DNA of 63,943 nucleotides, filler included, from Dimargaris cristalligena (Eukaryota): NCBI GenBank assembly GCA_003614675.1. It is 4 parts of 4 records of this genome, joined end to end, with 100 filler letters (N's around TTAATTAATTAA, not from the genome) between each part and the next. Parts side by side here need not be neighbours in the genome. Positions count along the whole stretch, not along the records: positions 33,557 to 50,155 come from ML002839.1; positions 50,256 to 63,943 come from ML002981.1; 2 more parts are not named here. One strand, 5' to 3'. Shown piece by piece: positions 39,252 to 52,027 of this stretch (position 1 is its first letter; each line of letters starts with the position of its first letter). The notes under the pieces were generated by a model. It saw only the letters and a program-made list of their open reading frames with translations, ran no database searches and was not told where the DNA came from. The position numbers and the translations under genes were made by a program.

Positions 39252-42200
39252 GGTGGTATCGAGTTGAAGGAACACTGGGTGGGGGTGGAGGGGGGAGAGA
39301 AACTGAGAGCGGAATGTTGGGGAAGGAGTGTGAATAACTGGATTGTTTGACAATTGGAAGCAAAGGGGAGCCAGTGGGGTGCTGTTTATATACGTGGCAT
39401 CCGGATTGCCTGGGGGAGTGGTAAATGGAGTACAATATAGCGGGTATGGGAATCGAGTATGCCTATCTATTACCACGAGATGTAGACTAATGTCCCAGGA
39501 CAAACGCCGAGCGTTTCATCTTGCCAAAGGCACTCTCCTCCCGCCCCATTCGCCACACCATTCCCCTGAGATTGTCCATTCTTAATGTTCCTCATTTGAA
39601 CCGCGTCACTAGGTGCCTGATTTAGCAAGCACCCCAAACACTGAGATCATCTATACAACTCCAACCCGAGTGGGCTCTCGGTTGGCACAATCGTCATTGC
39701 CACCCCTCCTTCCTCGCCCCTTTCTAACCACTGGTCACTGCTGGCTTGTTTTTTAGAACCCGCCAGAGTGTGGCCCATATTAGGAATGTGTACCCTTATT
39801 GCCTAACTTCACCCTTACATGTTTATTGCTTTTACCAAAATATCTACAGGGTTAGAGGGTGTATCACACTCATATATACCCAGTCCTCAGATATAACAAC
39901 TGTATTCCCTTTGATCATGTGCATATCACACATTCGCCATCCTTAACGCTGATTAGGGATATCGACTGTGCGTTTGAAGGTTCTGCCAGAGCGGACTAGG
40001 GTTGCTAGACTGGAGGTGTTAATCCACATGGGTTGCTGTTACAGATGTTCAGGCGTTTAGTAAATTACGACTGTGTAATGAGCTACTGATGAACCACGGC
40101 CACTCATTTGACCATCCCCACTCGATTTAGGGCGACTGTTGGGCAGAGTGACTATTGGATGTCAGCTCAACCTCATGGTTATGAAGGGCTAGTGTGCATT
40201 GAGGGGTGGGCACATGTATGCATCCCTGCTATTTTTCACTACACACAGTAATGCCACTGGCTAGTAATAGTGAATGTTAGTGATGCTTGGACCTCGATAG
40301 TCAACTCCCATAATAGTAAAAAAGAGATGATGAAACTAAAGTACATACGCACAGTGGACTTAAGGGATACTTCAGCCAATTAATGGGATAATTACAGGGT
40401 TGTTAATGCAGCAATCCCACCGGTCATATCCGTCTGCTCTAGCCAACCAATGCGGGGGGAGGGTTAAATATGGCCGCCGCGTTTTCAACCGGAGCCATTT
40501 CCCTACATTTGACGGGGTCAATTGAAGGTACAGACCTGAGTTGGGTTTAATGCTCGACCAGCTCCCGCTTGGTATATTTTACAATGTCTGGAAATGTAAT
40601 TTGCCAGCGCTCCAGGGCAACCCACTGGGCAATCGATGCTATAGTGGGAGGCGAATCCTAAATACGACTAGGGAAGCCCTGCGAAAGTTTACCTCAACTG
40701 TTAACTGCTGGTCTGGGAATATGGAATTTAGGCTTTGCCAATCCGCAATTGTGAATAGTAAGTTTTAAAAAAAATCTAACGTCGGCAAAGTCACATCTAG
40801 CATAGGCAACATTCAAATTGGGATAGTCTCTTACCTAAGCGGGATGGATTGGATTAGTCAGGTTGAGGGATGGAATCCTTCGGCACCACAGGGTAGATTA
40901 TCGTATAGCAATTTTTCTCGGAATGAGGTGAGTCCAATCGCCTGATTTGGTGGGTTCTATGTTAAGTTTTCTAGAGTCATTGAATCCGACTTTTTTGGAT
41001 CTTGGGAGGCTATGTCAAAGATTGGACTGCCCGGTTTCCGAGGCCACTCATGGGTACTATTCAGTACTTCAGCTAAAGTTACAACTTGGAGTTTACCTTG
41101 AGGGATCCTGCCTCCGGGTGATGAGAGCTTGGCAGAGATTTACGGGCACGCTTGATGAGACACTAGGAAATATGGCAATTGCTGTTTGACAAGGGATATG
41201 TTGATATGCAGAATTGGACGAAAAGGCGGTGTTGCTTCGTAGCTCATCCCATCCCTGAGACGTAGGAGTGTGTATCTAGGTCATTTCCATTGGTAACAGA
41301 TGCACAATGTTATTTTCGTGGACAATTCAGAACTATTAGCAAAAAATAAACCGGCATATTGTTTTTGATGAGAATACTCCCTTAACACCCAGCTGCCAAA
41401 ATAAACTAACAGTAAATGTAACTCGCCAAGACTCGTGAGAGTTTCACTGACCGTCCGTTGCATCGCCCAACCTTCTACGACAGGTAGCTCTAATTCGGAT
41501 CATACTATATAAGGTACATGTTAGAACTACGATGACCAGATTGCCAGGATGCATGAGGGCAATTTCGCCTCATTGGACAATACTAGATTCCAGGCCAAAT
41601 ATGGCATTGGCGGCTCATTCACTGAAACCAAATTAATAGGAATAGGGGTCATCAATTCGCCATTATGGACTTCAGGCTTGACGCCATTTTCACTAGGTGG
41701 AACATCCGAACGATAAAAATAGAAGCCGTTCTCTTCACCCGCCCTCCGCTAGGGCGTGGAATTGGGTCAAGTAGGGGTGGGACTGTATACCTCTTAGTCT
41801 TGCTAAATACACGCCCACTTGCAATACCAAAGAAGGTCCTACCAACATCCTCCAAAACCTGTTCGGGCCACTATTAGTTTGCCCCGTCAAACTCACTTAA
41901 TAGTAATTGAAGCCCTGGTGTGAATATTCGGCAAACCTATTTCTATACTCACTCATTCTAGCCCCACACTAGAAGCATTGTGGGGAGGGTGGTCATCCGA
42001 CCAATACAGTATGGTGATTGCTGAATTCAAGGGCTGCGGGGAGCATTCTGCCAAAGGCGAGTCTGCCCCCCCTCCAACAAGCCTAGTACTGGTGAAGTGG
42101 GTTGAATTCGAGTGATGCGGTCTATAAAATATAGTTGGGTAGTTTGATGAGGATCGACCCATTCAAAGAGCCCCACTGTCCTATTAATGATAGTGGGGAT

Positions 42201-43535
42201 ATATGTTATTGAGGCTCAGGTCAACTGTATAACGAAAAAAATAGATGGTATTCTAAACAATTAGGTGGGATGTTTCACCCATATGTATGTATATATGTTA
42301 GTGAGTGGGGTGTGGTAAGCACATCGTCACCACTGGTTTAGATTATGATATTGTCAAATTTGCTAAGTTGTTACACATTTGTATAATCCCTACACAGTAG
42401 TCTTCTCCTCTCCCTCTTCCGCACTATCCACAGCTATCAGACATTTTTTTCCATTTGCGATTAGTATTGAGACCCCCGAGTAGAGCTAACCAAACAGTCA
42501 CAAATACACCTATGGTAATAATATTATAGCAACTCTACACGCCTGGCTTGGCTATAGGGCCAACATTGAATCCCGTTTATCTACCACTGTTTTTTTTTTT
42601 GACAAGTCTACTATTGATTGACGTGCATCGGCCCGCAAAAGAATGTTCCATATTGCCACACATTCATTACAATCTATTTTTCTATCTACAAATTGTGCTG
42701 TAAGTCTGACCCGCTATTCTCCTACGAACTCTTACTACATGTGCTTTTCGCTCCCGGGTGACTAATCTAATACATAATGGCGTAGTACTCAACAACTCTA
42801 GTTGATCAGCCCCTGCTAAAACGATGGGAGAGTTAGAGGAAAGTAAGGCAACGACAATCAAATTAGATAGGTATGCTAATGAATAGCTCTCTTTTTCGCC
42901 TAATGAATGGTCGGGCAACTCCCGAGGCATCTCGACGGTGATGTAAGGCAGTGGCAATTGACTAACGAATGACTAATTTTATGGAGACATTGATAAAGCA
43001 AAATACGACAATGGATAAATACTTGTATTTGACCCCGTGACTAACAGGGCTGGCTTGGGGTGCGGAGGGACAAATCGCCAAAGCCTGGCGATGGAATAAG
43101 TACAGAGGTGGGGAGGGGGGGGGAGACAGAGGGTCAAAAGAGAAAGAACCGAATGGTGCAGTGGTAGAGAACAGGAGGGGCGGGGAAACGGCCGAGGTGT
43201 GTGGAGGGGAAGGGCCTGCAGCTGGTGTTATGTACAAACCCCTGGTGAGCCGCTGGGAGAAGGTATACGAAGATGTAATGTGGCAGTCAGGTTGCAAGGG
43301 AGATGGCGTGAAATACATGATGTATATGAAATAGTTTAAGTAGGGAGATGTCGTAATAGTAAGGGTATGTGAGAGAGTAGTAGCTTAAAAGTGGTGTAGT
43401 TATGACGAAAGAGGCGGTCGATGAGTGGTCTAAATATTCACCCATCCGCACAACCTTCTCCACCACTTAGCCTTTCCTTAAGCCGACGAAGGAAGCCAAG
43501 GGACGGGTGAGTAGAGGGGCACACACATGCTTGGA

Positions 43536-44390
43536 TTACTTGCGGCGGCTCTTCAAGAAGGCCACCACGTCCCAGCCCAAAGTAATGAGGTAGCAGACGG
43601 CAGCCAAGACACTAAAGAACAGACTGGTATTGTAAAAGTCACACCAGCCGTCCAGGGTGCCTACCGGGCAATGGTTTTTGATGAACAGCGCCACGATACA
43701 CGAGACCCAGAACAAAGCCATGAAGAAATCGGCCAGGAACAGGCCCCAGCAGCGGTGTTTCTGGGACCAGACCCGTTTGAACCGCCAGAAGAAACTGAGG
43801 AAGAAGAAGAGGGAGACCAGTGTGGACAGACCGGCCACGAAGTATTGGTAATTAGTGGGGGACTGGTCGTCAAAGGGGTTGGAGTGGCCGGAGCGTGGCT
43901 TGGCACCGGCCAGGAAGCCGATGGAACCCACGCTGGCCAGAACTTGGACGAAGCGGATGACCTCCTTGCGCTTATCGGGCTGGGTCATGTAGCTGTATTT
44001 ATTGTACACGGGGAGCTTGGGCAGCTTGCCGGCGGCCTCCATGTCCCCGGGGGGTAGGGTGGAGGGATTCAGGCTCGAGTCGTTGGGAAGGGAGGCGGGA
44101 GGCATGGGTACAGGAGAAGGCGAGCCGGAGTGAGGCACCGAGACGGGAATCACGCCCGGGGGCAGGTTGAGGTTCGACGTGCCGTAGGGCGAGGCGGAGT
44201 TGTAGTGGTGGTGGTGGATTTCGGCCATGGGCTGCTGGGTATGGGTAGCGGTGGAGGAGGCGGTACCGTAGGGATTGGACGCGTACGGGGAGTCGGCCAC
44301 CGTGGGGTTGGAAATGCCATAGCCGGAGGTGGGGGCATAGGTATCCTCCGGGGTGGGCATGTGGTGTGGGCCGCCGTAGGGGGAGGACAT
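43536..44390 (-). CDS. MARVEL-domain (4-TM) membrane protein with Pro/Tyr-rich N-terminus
   Basis: IRFVQVLAS, ADFFMALFWVS and WCDFYNTSLFFS patterns with four hydrophobic helices. Strong codon bias, single exon. Confidence 0.8.
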   Translation of the reverse strand: MSSPYGGPHHMPTPEDTYAPTSGYGISNPTVADSPYASNPYGTASSTATHTQQPMAEIHHHHYNSASPYGTSNLNLPPGVIPVSVPHSGSPSPVPMPPASLPNDSSLNPSTLPPGDMEAAGKLPKLPVYNKYSYMTQPDKRKEVIRFVQVLASVGSIGFLAGAKPRSGHSNPFDDQSPTNYQYFVAGLSTLVSLFFFLSFFWRFKRVWSQKHRCWGLFLADFFMALFWVSCIVALFIKNHCPVGTLDGWCDFYNTSLFFSVLAAVCYLITLGWDVVAFLKSRRK

Positions 44391-45950
44391 GGCGTGGGGG
44401 GACTACTTAGCGAGGGGGGAGTAGTAAAGATTAGCAGAAAGCGAGAAGAATGTACAATGAGGGAGGGAATGGCAGAGAGAGAGAGAAGGAACTCAAGGGG
44501 ATAAAGGAGAGGGAGGTAGAGAGAGAGAAAGAGAGAGAGAGTAAAGGCAACGCGGTGAAAGAGGAAAGGGCGGCGGGAGTATATGCGATCAAGAGGGAAT
44601 AAGGAACAATCAAAGGCCCCGCCCTCTCTCTCTCTCTCTCTTCATATACACAATGAGAGGCCCAGAACAGCGGACCAAGAGACAGCAGGGCCAACCACAC
44701 ACTCCACTATACACTCCCTCGTATATGAGAAGGCTGGCGGGGAATACCGGAATGTATTGGACGGCAAATGTAGACGGGGAGAAGAGACAGGCAGTGGAAA
44801 TGGTGCGCCTCCCCAGTCTTGATCGAAAATTCAGTATTCCCCGTTTCTCTTCTCCTCCTCTCTTACATATACAATGTGCCGCACCCTGCAGCGGTCGTTG
44901 GGAGGGTTGAAGGGTATGCAATCAACAATACTTTTTGCTGCTACATTCCGTTTAATCTAACAGAGCGCCTATCCTGTCAAAAGTAAATGTGACCGGCTGT
45001 CCGAATGCAGCTGGCATGACAAATGGCGAAGAACGGGTAAATTACACATTATTCTTCTTCGACCCACCATCATTATCCGCTTCATTTAATAGTGCGTAGC
45101 ATGGTAATAAACTACAGTAGATCCGGGGAGTACCGGGAATGACGGGGGGCCCCCAAATAAATCGCCATAACCCGGACCCCAGAGGTTCCTTCCCTAACAA
45201 AAACGCCCTGGGCGTTGGATTTCTATCCAAACAAGCTCCCTGCGGCGCCTACAAGTGGCCTATGGCGTTCTTGATTATAATACTTTCATATATATAATTA
45301 TATATATATATATGCAATGTACCAATAAAAGAGAGAGAATGAGAGAGGCCCCTGACGACGCCACAACTGTACAGTGGTGGTGGGGGGGGGTGAACAAGTT
45401 AAGGAGGCATATCAGGCTGAATTCGCTTTGCTTGCAATCCCTGGCTATCTCCTGCATGTGCGTGTCCTATATGTGCACCGCACTGCCCCTTCCTTCCCTT
45501 TCCTCCCGGTTCTCTCTCACCCGTTACTTTCTTCCACCTTGTTCACTGCGATATTATCCGTTAGAAAGACAACCTGATGCCTGGCGTTACTTGGCTGAAG
45601 GGACACTGACCGAATGAGGTCATCAACCCAAGTTATTGGTGGGTGTCTGTTAGAAGAGTCCTTTCCTTCCATTACCACCCGTCTATTTTCTCCTAATCCA
45701 ATCATTCTTAACTCTCAGGGTCTTGGCGGAGATTTTTATTCCTGGGTGCTATTGGACAAAAAATTTAACCCTTCCAACTGGCCGGTTTAGTCGTTAGGTG
45801 TGTGTCAATTTGTTCTGTGGCGTTGGTATGACGGGGAAAGTAGTATGGGCAATTGGTCAGAGTAGCTTACATCAAGAAAAATAAATCGTATTCCACCATG
45901 TTCTCATTATCCGGTACAGATTATACCCCACATGTGCAAACTCATCAATA

Positions 45951-46091
45951 TGGGAGTAGTTCAACAAGGCTGTATAACGAAACATCTCTATTTGATGAGG
46001 CAAATCCTGCTGGCTGAAAATTAACATCCCACTGATTTTCCCATACAACATATCAGTTAAAACCTTATACAGCCAAGCTGAATTTCACCCC
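45951..46091 (+). mobile_element. MITE, near-full copy
   Basis: TGGGAGTAGTTCAACAAGGCTGTATAACGAA...TTATACAGCCAAGCTGAATTTCACCC. Confidence 0.75.
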
Positions 46092-47992
46092 TACCAAACA
46101 ATGCCAAATATTATATATACACTCCATACTCGGCTGGGCTTCTGGGGACGTATGTATGATATATCATTAGCCCCTGCCCCCTCCTAAAGGTTTCTAATCA
46201 CTGTTCAAACAATTGTACCTTAACCTAATGAAGCCCCATATACAGGCATATTGGCAATCAGAGAGCCACCGTGGCTCCGTTAGAGTCCGTTATAACCGGG
46301 TGTGGAACTAAGCAAACATTGCTGAGGGAGGGGGGGAGCTCAGAATTTGGCAATATGGGGAAGATAATTAAAATTCCGGCTTGCCGCTAATTTGCCTTTT
46401 TAGTACCGGGATAAAAGGCCGTATACAAGGCTTGGTTCCATCCACAATAGAGTCGCCCAAACAATCCCAAATAGCAATAGTAAGCGAACATCAGTTATAC
46501 TAGCAGCATGGGTCCTCTTTGACCAAGTGGCACCATGTAAGTAGTATTGAGTTGATCACATGCATCCGCATTCTTAAACCCTCAACACCAGCTTAGACTA
46601 CTTCTGACCTCGGTATATATAAATATATATATTTCAGCATCGCCGAGTTCGATCCCCTGCACTTTCTCAATCTCGCTTCCCTTTAAGACATCTAAAGTTA
46701 CTCAATGGTGGTAGTTCCATAGTTGGTGAGCAGAATAGGAGCTTATGGGGCGATATAGCACCAGTATACCTCATTGTCAAAACTATTTATATCGGGTGGT
46801 TAGTGAAGAGAGAGGGGTACGTAAATCTAGAACTCAGGGTATCGGGGGGTGCTGCTGGATGGATGATTCCCCAGGACAATCATGTTATTTTGCTAGATTC
46901 GATTCATTAAATACCGCCGCCATTAATTCCCTCCAGCCAGTCGACTCGGCCTGGCTCGGCTTTCACACCCCTACTACTGCTGCCAGCTGCCCTTGGTCGG
47001 TCAATGATAGATGTTCAACTGATTCGTGGATGGGAGGGGGGACTTGGAACGTCAGTATGTGAATCTTCCGCCATAAGGCCAGCTGTCCAGCGTAAATAAC
47101 CACCCCTTCCGGGTTATCTTCACTGGATTTTCAATGGCAGAAGGCTCTTTCAAGCTGCCATGGGTCATCCGAGCGGTAGAGAGAAACGAGAATAGAAGAG
47201 TCTTTGGTAAATGAATGGGCTTACTGGAGCGATATACATGTCACGTGGTTAGGTCCACTTGCCCGCGCCTTTTAGGGACCAGTGGTTGAACCCTCCCACC
47301 CTGTCTCCATTTCTCAATTTACAATGGATTGCTGCTGCTGATGACCACCGCGGTAACTATACTTGTCATTTATTTTTGAGTCTTTTCCGGCGACCTGCTG
47401 CCTTCTCCGATCATCTTTTTTTGACTCAACTCCTTGACTGCCATTATTTTCCTTTACTCCGCAAATTCCTCCACCCCCTCCTTTGTTTAGATAACCGCCT
47501 TTTACCTGCACCAATAAATACGCCGTACCGTATGGACTTTAGATAACCCAGTATTTCGACCCAGTGTATGCTTCCCCACCCCTTTTTTATCACCAATCCG
47601 ACCCTCCAAAGCAGCCCTCCGCGTTTCACAGATATTTAGTGTTTATTCTAAACGAAGACAGTCGTACTAATAAATCGGATGTAATGATAATGTATGTAGT
47701 AAATGTAATCTTGGGGATCTGGAGTGCTGTTCAGAGCTCCAGCCAACCCCCAAATAAAAAAAGGGAGAAAAAAATGCAGCGACAGCACCAGTAAACACTC
47801 CCCATATGAAGTCCCAAGGGAAGTCGAGGGGGATAGGCGATGGAAGCCTGGTTTGGCAAGTGCCAAGGTCTACAAAAATGATTTGGCTTTAGAATGGTGG
47901 TAGTAGATGAAAGGAAGGGTAAGCCGTATGGCAGTGGTGGGGAGGGAAAGCCGCAATATAAAATCGCTGTATACTCCCTCCACCATGCCTAT

Positions 47993-48220
47993 TTACGTGG
48001 TCTTCTTTGATCTCAGCTTGTTAAACAGCATTTTTCCGCCCTTGAATATGGCAGGGCCCGCCATTAAAGCGAGATTGAGAAAGCGTCTCTCAATATGTAG
48101 AGGTGTGGTGGACTGGTCGCCACTTAACTGAGAAGACAGCGGGGCGGCCAGGCCAGTGCCGGAAAGTCCGCAGGCGGCCACACAGACACATAGAGCAATC
48201 GAACGAAAGGGCAGTAGCAT
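47993..48220 (-). CDS. Secreted prepro-peptide, 75 aa: signal peptide, pro region, RR, 29-aa cationic amphipathic peptide
   Basis: MLLPFRSIALCVCVAACGLSGTGLA-APLSSQLSGDQSTTPLHIERR-FLNLALMAGPAIFKGGKMLFNKLRSKKTT. TATAAATA near 48429-48436. Confidence 0.8.
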   Translation of the reverse strand: MLLPFRSIALCVCVAACGLSGTGLAAPLSSQLSGDQSTTPLHIERRFLNLALMAGPAIFKGGKMLFNKLRSKKTT

Positions 48221-50070
48221 CGTGAAGTTGGGTTGGACCGTTCTGGGTTGAGGAGCCGTAAGCTGTGAGAGGAAGAGTAAATATATATATATGCAGTGTA
48301 CCAAAGGTTACAGGAATAGTAGAATGGTCTATAGTGTGATATAAGGCGAATGGATATAGATTGAATCTATAAATGGTTTGAGCGATAATAGTGTATGTGT
48401 GTCTGTGAGGAGGAGGGGCACGGTTCCATATTTATAAATCTCCAGGTGAGGAATGGTTGACTAATTTATCGAGCTGAAAAATTTCCGGGGCAGGCCGAAG
48501 CTGCTGCATTTTGGAAATGAGAATACACTGGCTGAGAGGAGCGGAGGGAGGAAATGGGCCATCGCGCGAGGGAGAGGGCTTATCTTCTGATATACATACA
48601 ATGCATGGTAGTTATTCGTTGTAATGCTATGGCATTGTCCCGAGTTCAACCCCATTTACAGAAGTGCTCAAGTTGTGATTATTGCGCCAGGCAGTCTGGC
48701 AAAAGTAGACCCCAGCAGCCAAAAATAAAATAAAAAAAGGCCATCATCTTTGCCCAAATTTTTATCCATAACCCCCTCCCCACCTCTTTATCTGTTGAAG
48801 GGACTGCTAAAAGCCGTATCCTTCCGCCTTGGTGCAATGTAGGCCCGCTTTAATGCACCCCAACATATATGTATATACACCGTTTGTTAGTCGTGGGTAA
48901 TCCGCCCATTATATGGGGACGGCAACAAAGAAGAGGGTGCGATAGGGCTTTATAACCGCACCCTATGTTGAATAGCAGGGGGGGTAATCCTTACGATTGT
49001 GTCGAAGGCGAAAGGAGAGCTTCAAAAGCACTTGGTATGGAGGGCCATGGGGGCACTATCGCTTCCCTGTTGTTCAAGGGGACAATTGCTCCCTAATGGA
49101 TCGCCGATTGATGCACATCTACGGTCGTGTTTTAGGATGCGGTACCTCAATACACCAGTTGGTTGACGAGAGGACCTACTGCCTGAGCCAGCCCACCCAA
49201 TTAAATAGTGGGTTATGGGGACTAGGTATCTGCCGCTGATCACGAGCACGGAAGATACTTTATCCTTAGGGAGACTGTCCGCCAGTCGAACTTCAAACTA
49301 GTCGAATTGTAATTTTTACGGCGGTAGTATACAGCCAAGTCAAGTATAATTGGCCACGGCTACACCACCAAGCACTTCGAGGGGGTAGGTATCAGAGAAG
49401 GTAGGTCGGGTATATGGAATAGAGGTCGCCGATCGAATTCAATCCATTTTTATATGCGAGGATAGCCTAAAAAAATTGGAGCAGGGTGGGGGTGCGGTAA
49501 TATTTAGAGCGCGTCCTTCGGGCCAAACCGATCGAAATTGGCCCAAATTAATACATTTTAAACTTGGTGTTTTCAAATTATATTGGAAAGGGGCCGGTTA
49601 TGTTATGGATTACTATGTTACTAGACGGTACTTGATATTTAATAATTGCGAAATATATATATAAAATACAAAATCGTCGCAGGAATGTGTATTAGAAAAT
49701 TATTTGGAAAAAGGGTGGAATTTCTATCCAATCGACCAATTTAAACAAACCTTGGTATAGCTTAGTTAGGGAGAGCCTTTATCGATATTTTCGGAAGTAG
49801 ATCTACTCGCCAGTCAAAGCCAGCCCCATTACTCAAGAGGAGGGTGTAAAAATACTATGGGATTCCCTGCCTAGGTTGCTATCTAACACAACCAATATTA
49901 TTGACAGCAAGCTCCGGTGCCTACTGTATCCAGCTTGCGGTAAATAATTCCGTTGTCACCAAAATTGAACCCCTACACTAAGCCCGGTCCAACTATCCCC
50001 AATTTGTAGTGTATGGGCTATATTTAGGGTAGCGTTAGGATGGATTTCTGCAATTCAGCTCGGCTTAATC

Positions 50071-50155
50071 TGGGAGTAGTTCAACAAGGCTGTATAACGA
50101 AAAATCCATTTGATGAGGCAAATACGACTGGTTGAAAATAAACATCCCACCGATT
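50071..50155 (+). mobile_element. MITE copy truncated by an assembly gap
   Basis: The first ~31 nt are identical to the 45951 copy; the internal TTTGATGAGGCAAAT..CTGG.TGAAAAT is shared. Confidence 0.75.
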
Positions 50156-50260
50156 NNNNNNNNNNNNNNNNNNNNNNNNNNNNNNNNNNNNNNNNNNNNT
50201 TAATTAATTAANNNNNNNNNNNNNNNNNNNNNNNNNNNNNNNNNNNNNNNNNNNNCCCAG

Positions 50261-51040
50261 TTGGCTGAAGTAACTGAAAATAAGGCCAATAATGAACACC
50301 AGTCTGGTACGATTGTAATCCCTTATAAGTTCAGTGAGAGTGGGGTGATAAAAAATGGCTTAGTGCTTGGTGTGGTACACCGAGTACTGATGGTCATTCT
50401 CGGGTGGTGGTGTTACCGTGAAGAATGGGGTCAAGTGGAGGAATTTTTCTTAGTCATTGCCACCACCGCCCACCAGGCCAAAGCATTCAGCTACAAAGAG
50501 TTGAAAACCCCGGAAGTTGTGTTGTGAATTTGGGACCTCGCCCAGCTGGTCATTGCTTTTTCTGCGCTCAAAGACCACCAGCCTACTATTGAAATGGTAT
50601 CCTGTACCATGGTGGGGCTGGGCGATATTCAGAGAAGAGAGGGATTAAATAGCTTTCTAGCTACACAAAAGGCCCTACTTAGCTGCCATGAATCCAATCA
50701 CTCAGTTGAGGTAACCAATTGTCTATCCGATGTTTGGTCGAAGTGGTATAGAGATCTGAAAATTCCCCAAAAGGCCTTCTGGAAAGTCCTGTACTTCTTG
50801 GATGAGAAATATCTTTATCTAACCCATGATGGTAATCTGCTTCAGGCTGGGCCTTCGGTGGTATTTCAGCTCAACCAGGTGCTCACATCCAATATATATG
50901 GGCAGTCAATGACTAATTCAGATTCTCCTAGTTTTGCCCCTTATTTGCTTCCTGGATACCATAAAGCTCACATGGAAAGAATAGCAGCAGCTACTACTGA
51001 TGGTGCTACCAATCTAACTGACAGTAGTGAGTCAGACTAA
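50261..51040 (+). pseudogene. Decayed coding sequence, 5' end in a gap
   Basis: ORFs 50261-50527 and 50594-51040 share one frame and are separated by a single TGA. No family recognised. Confidence 0.45.
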
Positions 51041-51594
51041 AGTACACTCCCGAAACCCCAGGAGTATGGTGGTAATACCCTATTTGCTAACTTCCAGCTA
51101 GTTGATAACTCGGCAACTCTACTCTCCTGATTGAAATCAAAAGCGGGACACTTCTTTGTGAAGAAGCAATGATTTTTGGCCTGGTCAAAAGAAGGTGGGA
51201 TGCCTATGTGTAACAGATTATTGAGTTCCTCCCAGTTTTTGAAAATTTACCAACGGACCTTACGGATACAGATGCCTAATGTTTAGCAAGCCTTTATTTA
51301 TCTTTTTGGTTATGTTGACCGTCCTAGGAAGGTACTGGGTTATCTAGTGGTAAACCCTGTCTTATATACGATATACTGTACCAGCCAACAGGAATAGCCT
51401 ATGGTGTACCTGGGATACCCGCGTCCTGAGACTGTAGGTCTCCTATACCTCGCCTCTCGCTCCCCTCCGTGGGTCTAGGAGGTTTCCGTTCTGTTCTATT
51501 CGATACTAACTATTCTATATATTAAAGGCACTTTTTATAAACATTATCACTTAAAGAAGGTCTAAATGCTCATCACCTCAGGGCAATATCAATA

Positions 51595-51732
51595 TGGGAG
51601 TAGTTTAACCAGGCTGTATAACGAAGAATCCGTTGGATACAGCCAAAACTACAGGTTGAAAATAAGCATCCCGCCTGTTTTCCCATACACATATCGTGGA
51701 AAACCTTATACAGCTGGGTCGCATTTCACCCA
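51595..51732 (+). mobile_element. ~138-bp MITE, full copy
   Basis: TA|TGGGAGTAGTTTAACCAGGCTGTATAA...TTATACAGCTGGGTCGCATTTCACCCA|TA. Confidence 0.75.
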
Positions 51733-52027
51733 TATATAATCGACAAACCTGCCTTAGTTGCTTTCATTGCTCTCTAACTGACTGGTGTCAAGCTAGAGCA
51801 CTGAGGGTTGCGTCTCAGCAATGTACCCCTCGAGTGCTATACCTGAGTTTACTGGTCAGGGAATTCTATTCAAAGTGTAATATTGACAACTGTGACCAAT
51901 GTTGGCTGTTGTAAAGGCCTGCTTTATATTTTTCCGTCTGAATTCATCAGTAAGGTCTAGTTCGCCCCATGTGGCCATAGACAACCTAACGATTCCGTTT
52001 GATATACTGTAGGAGGTGGTGTGGGTG

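Noticed and set aside
38841..39350. 169-aa plus-strand ORF
   Set aside because: It is antisense to the peptide gene, which has the Kozak context, TATA box and signal peptide; non-ATG start and no motif.
40500..42200. Possible degraded gene or transposon on the minus strand
   Set aside because: Too many stops and no recognisable motif, so no call can be supported.
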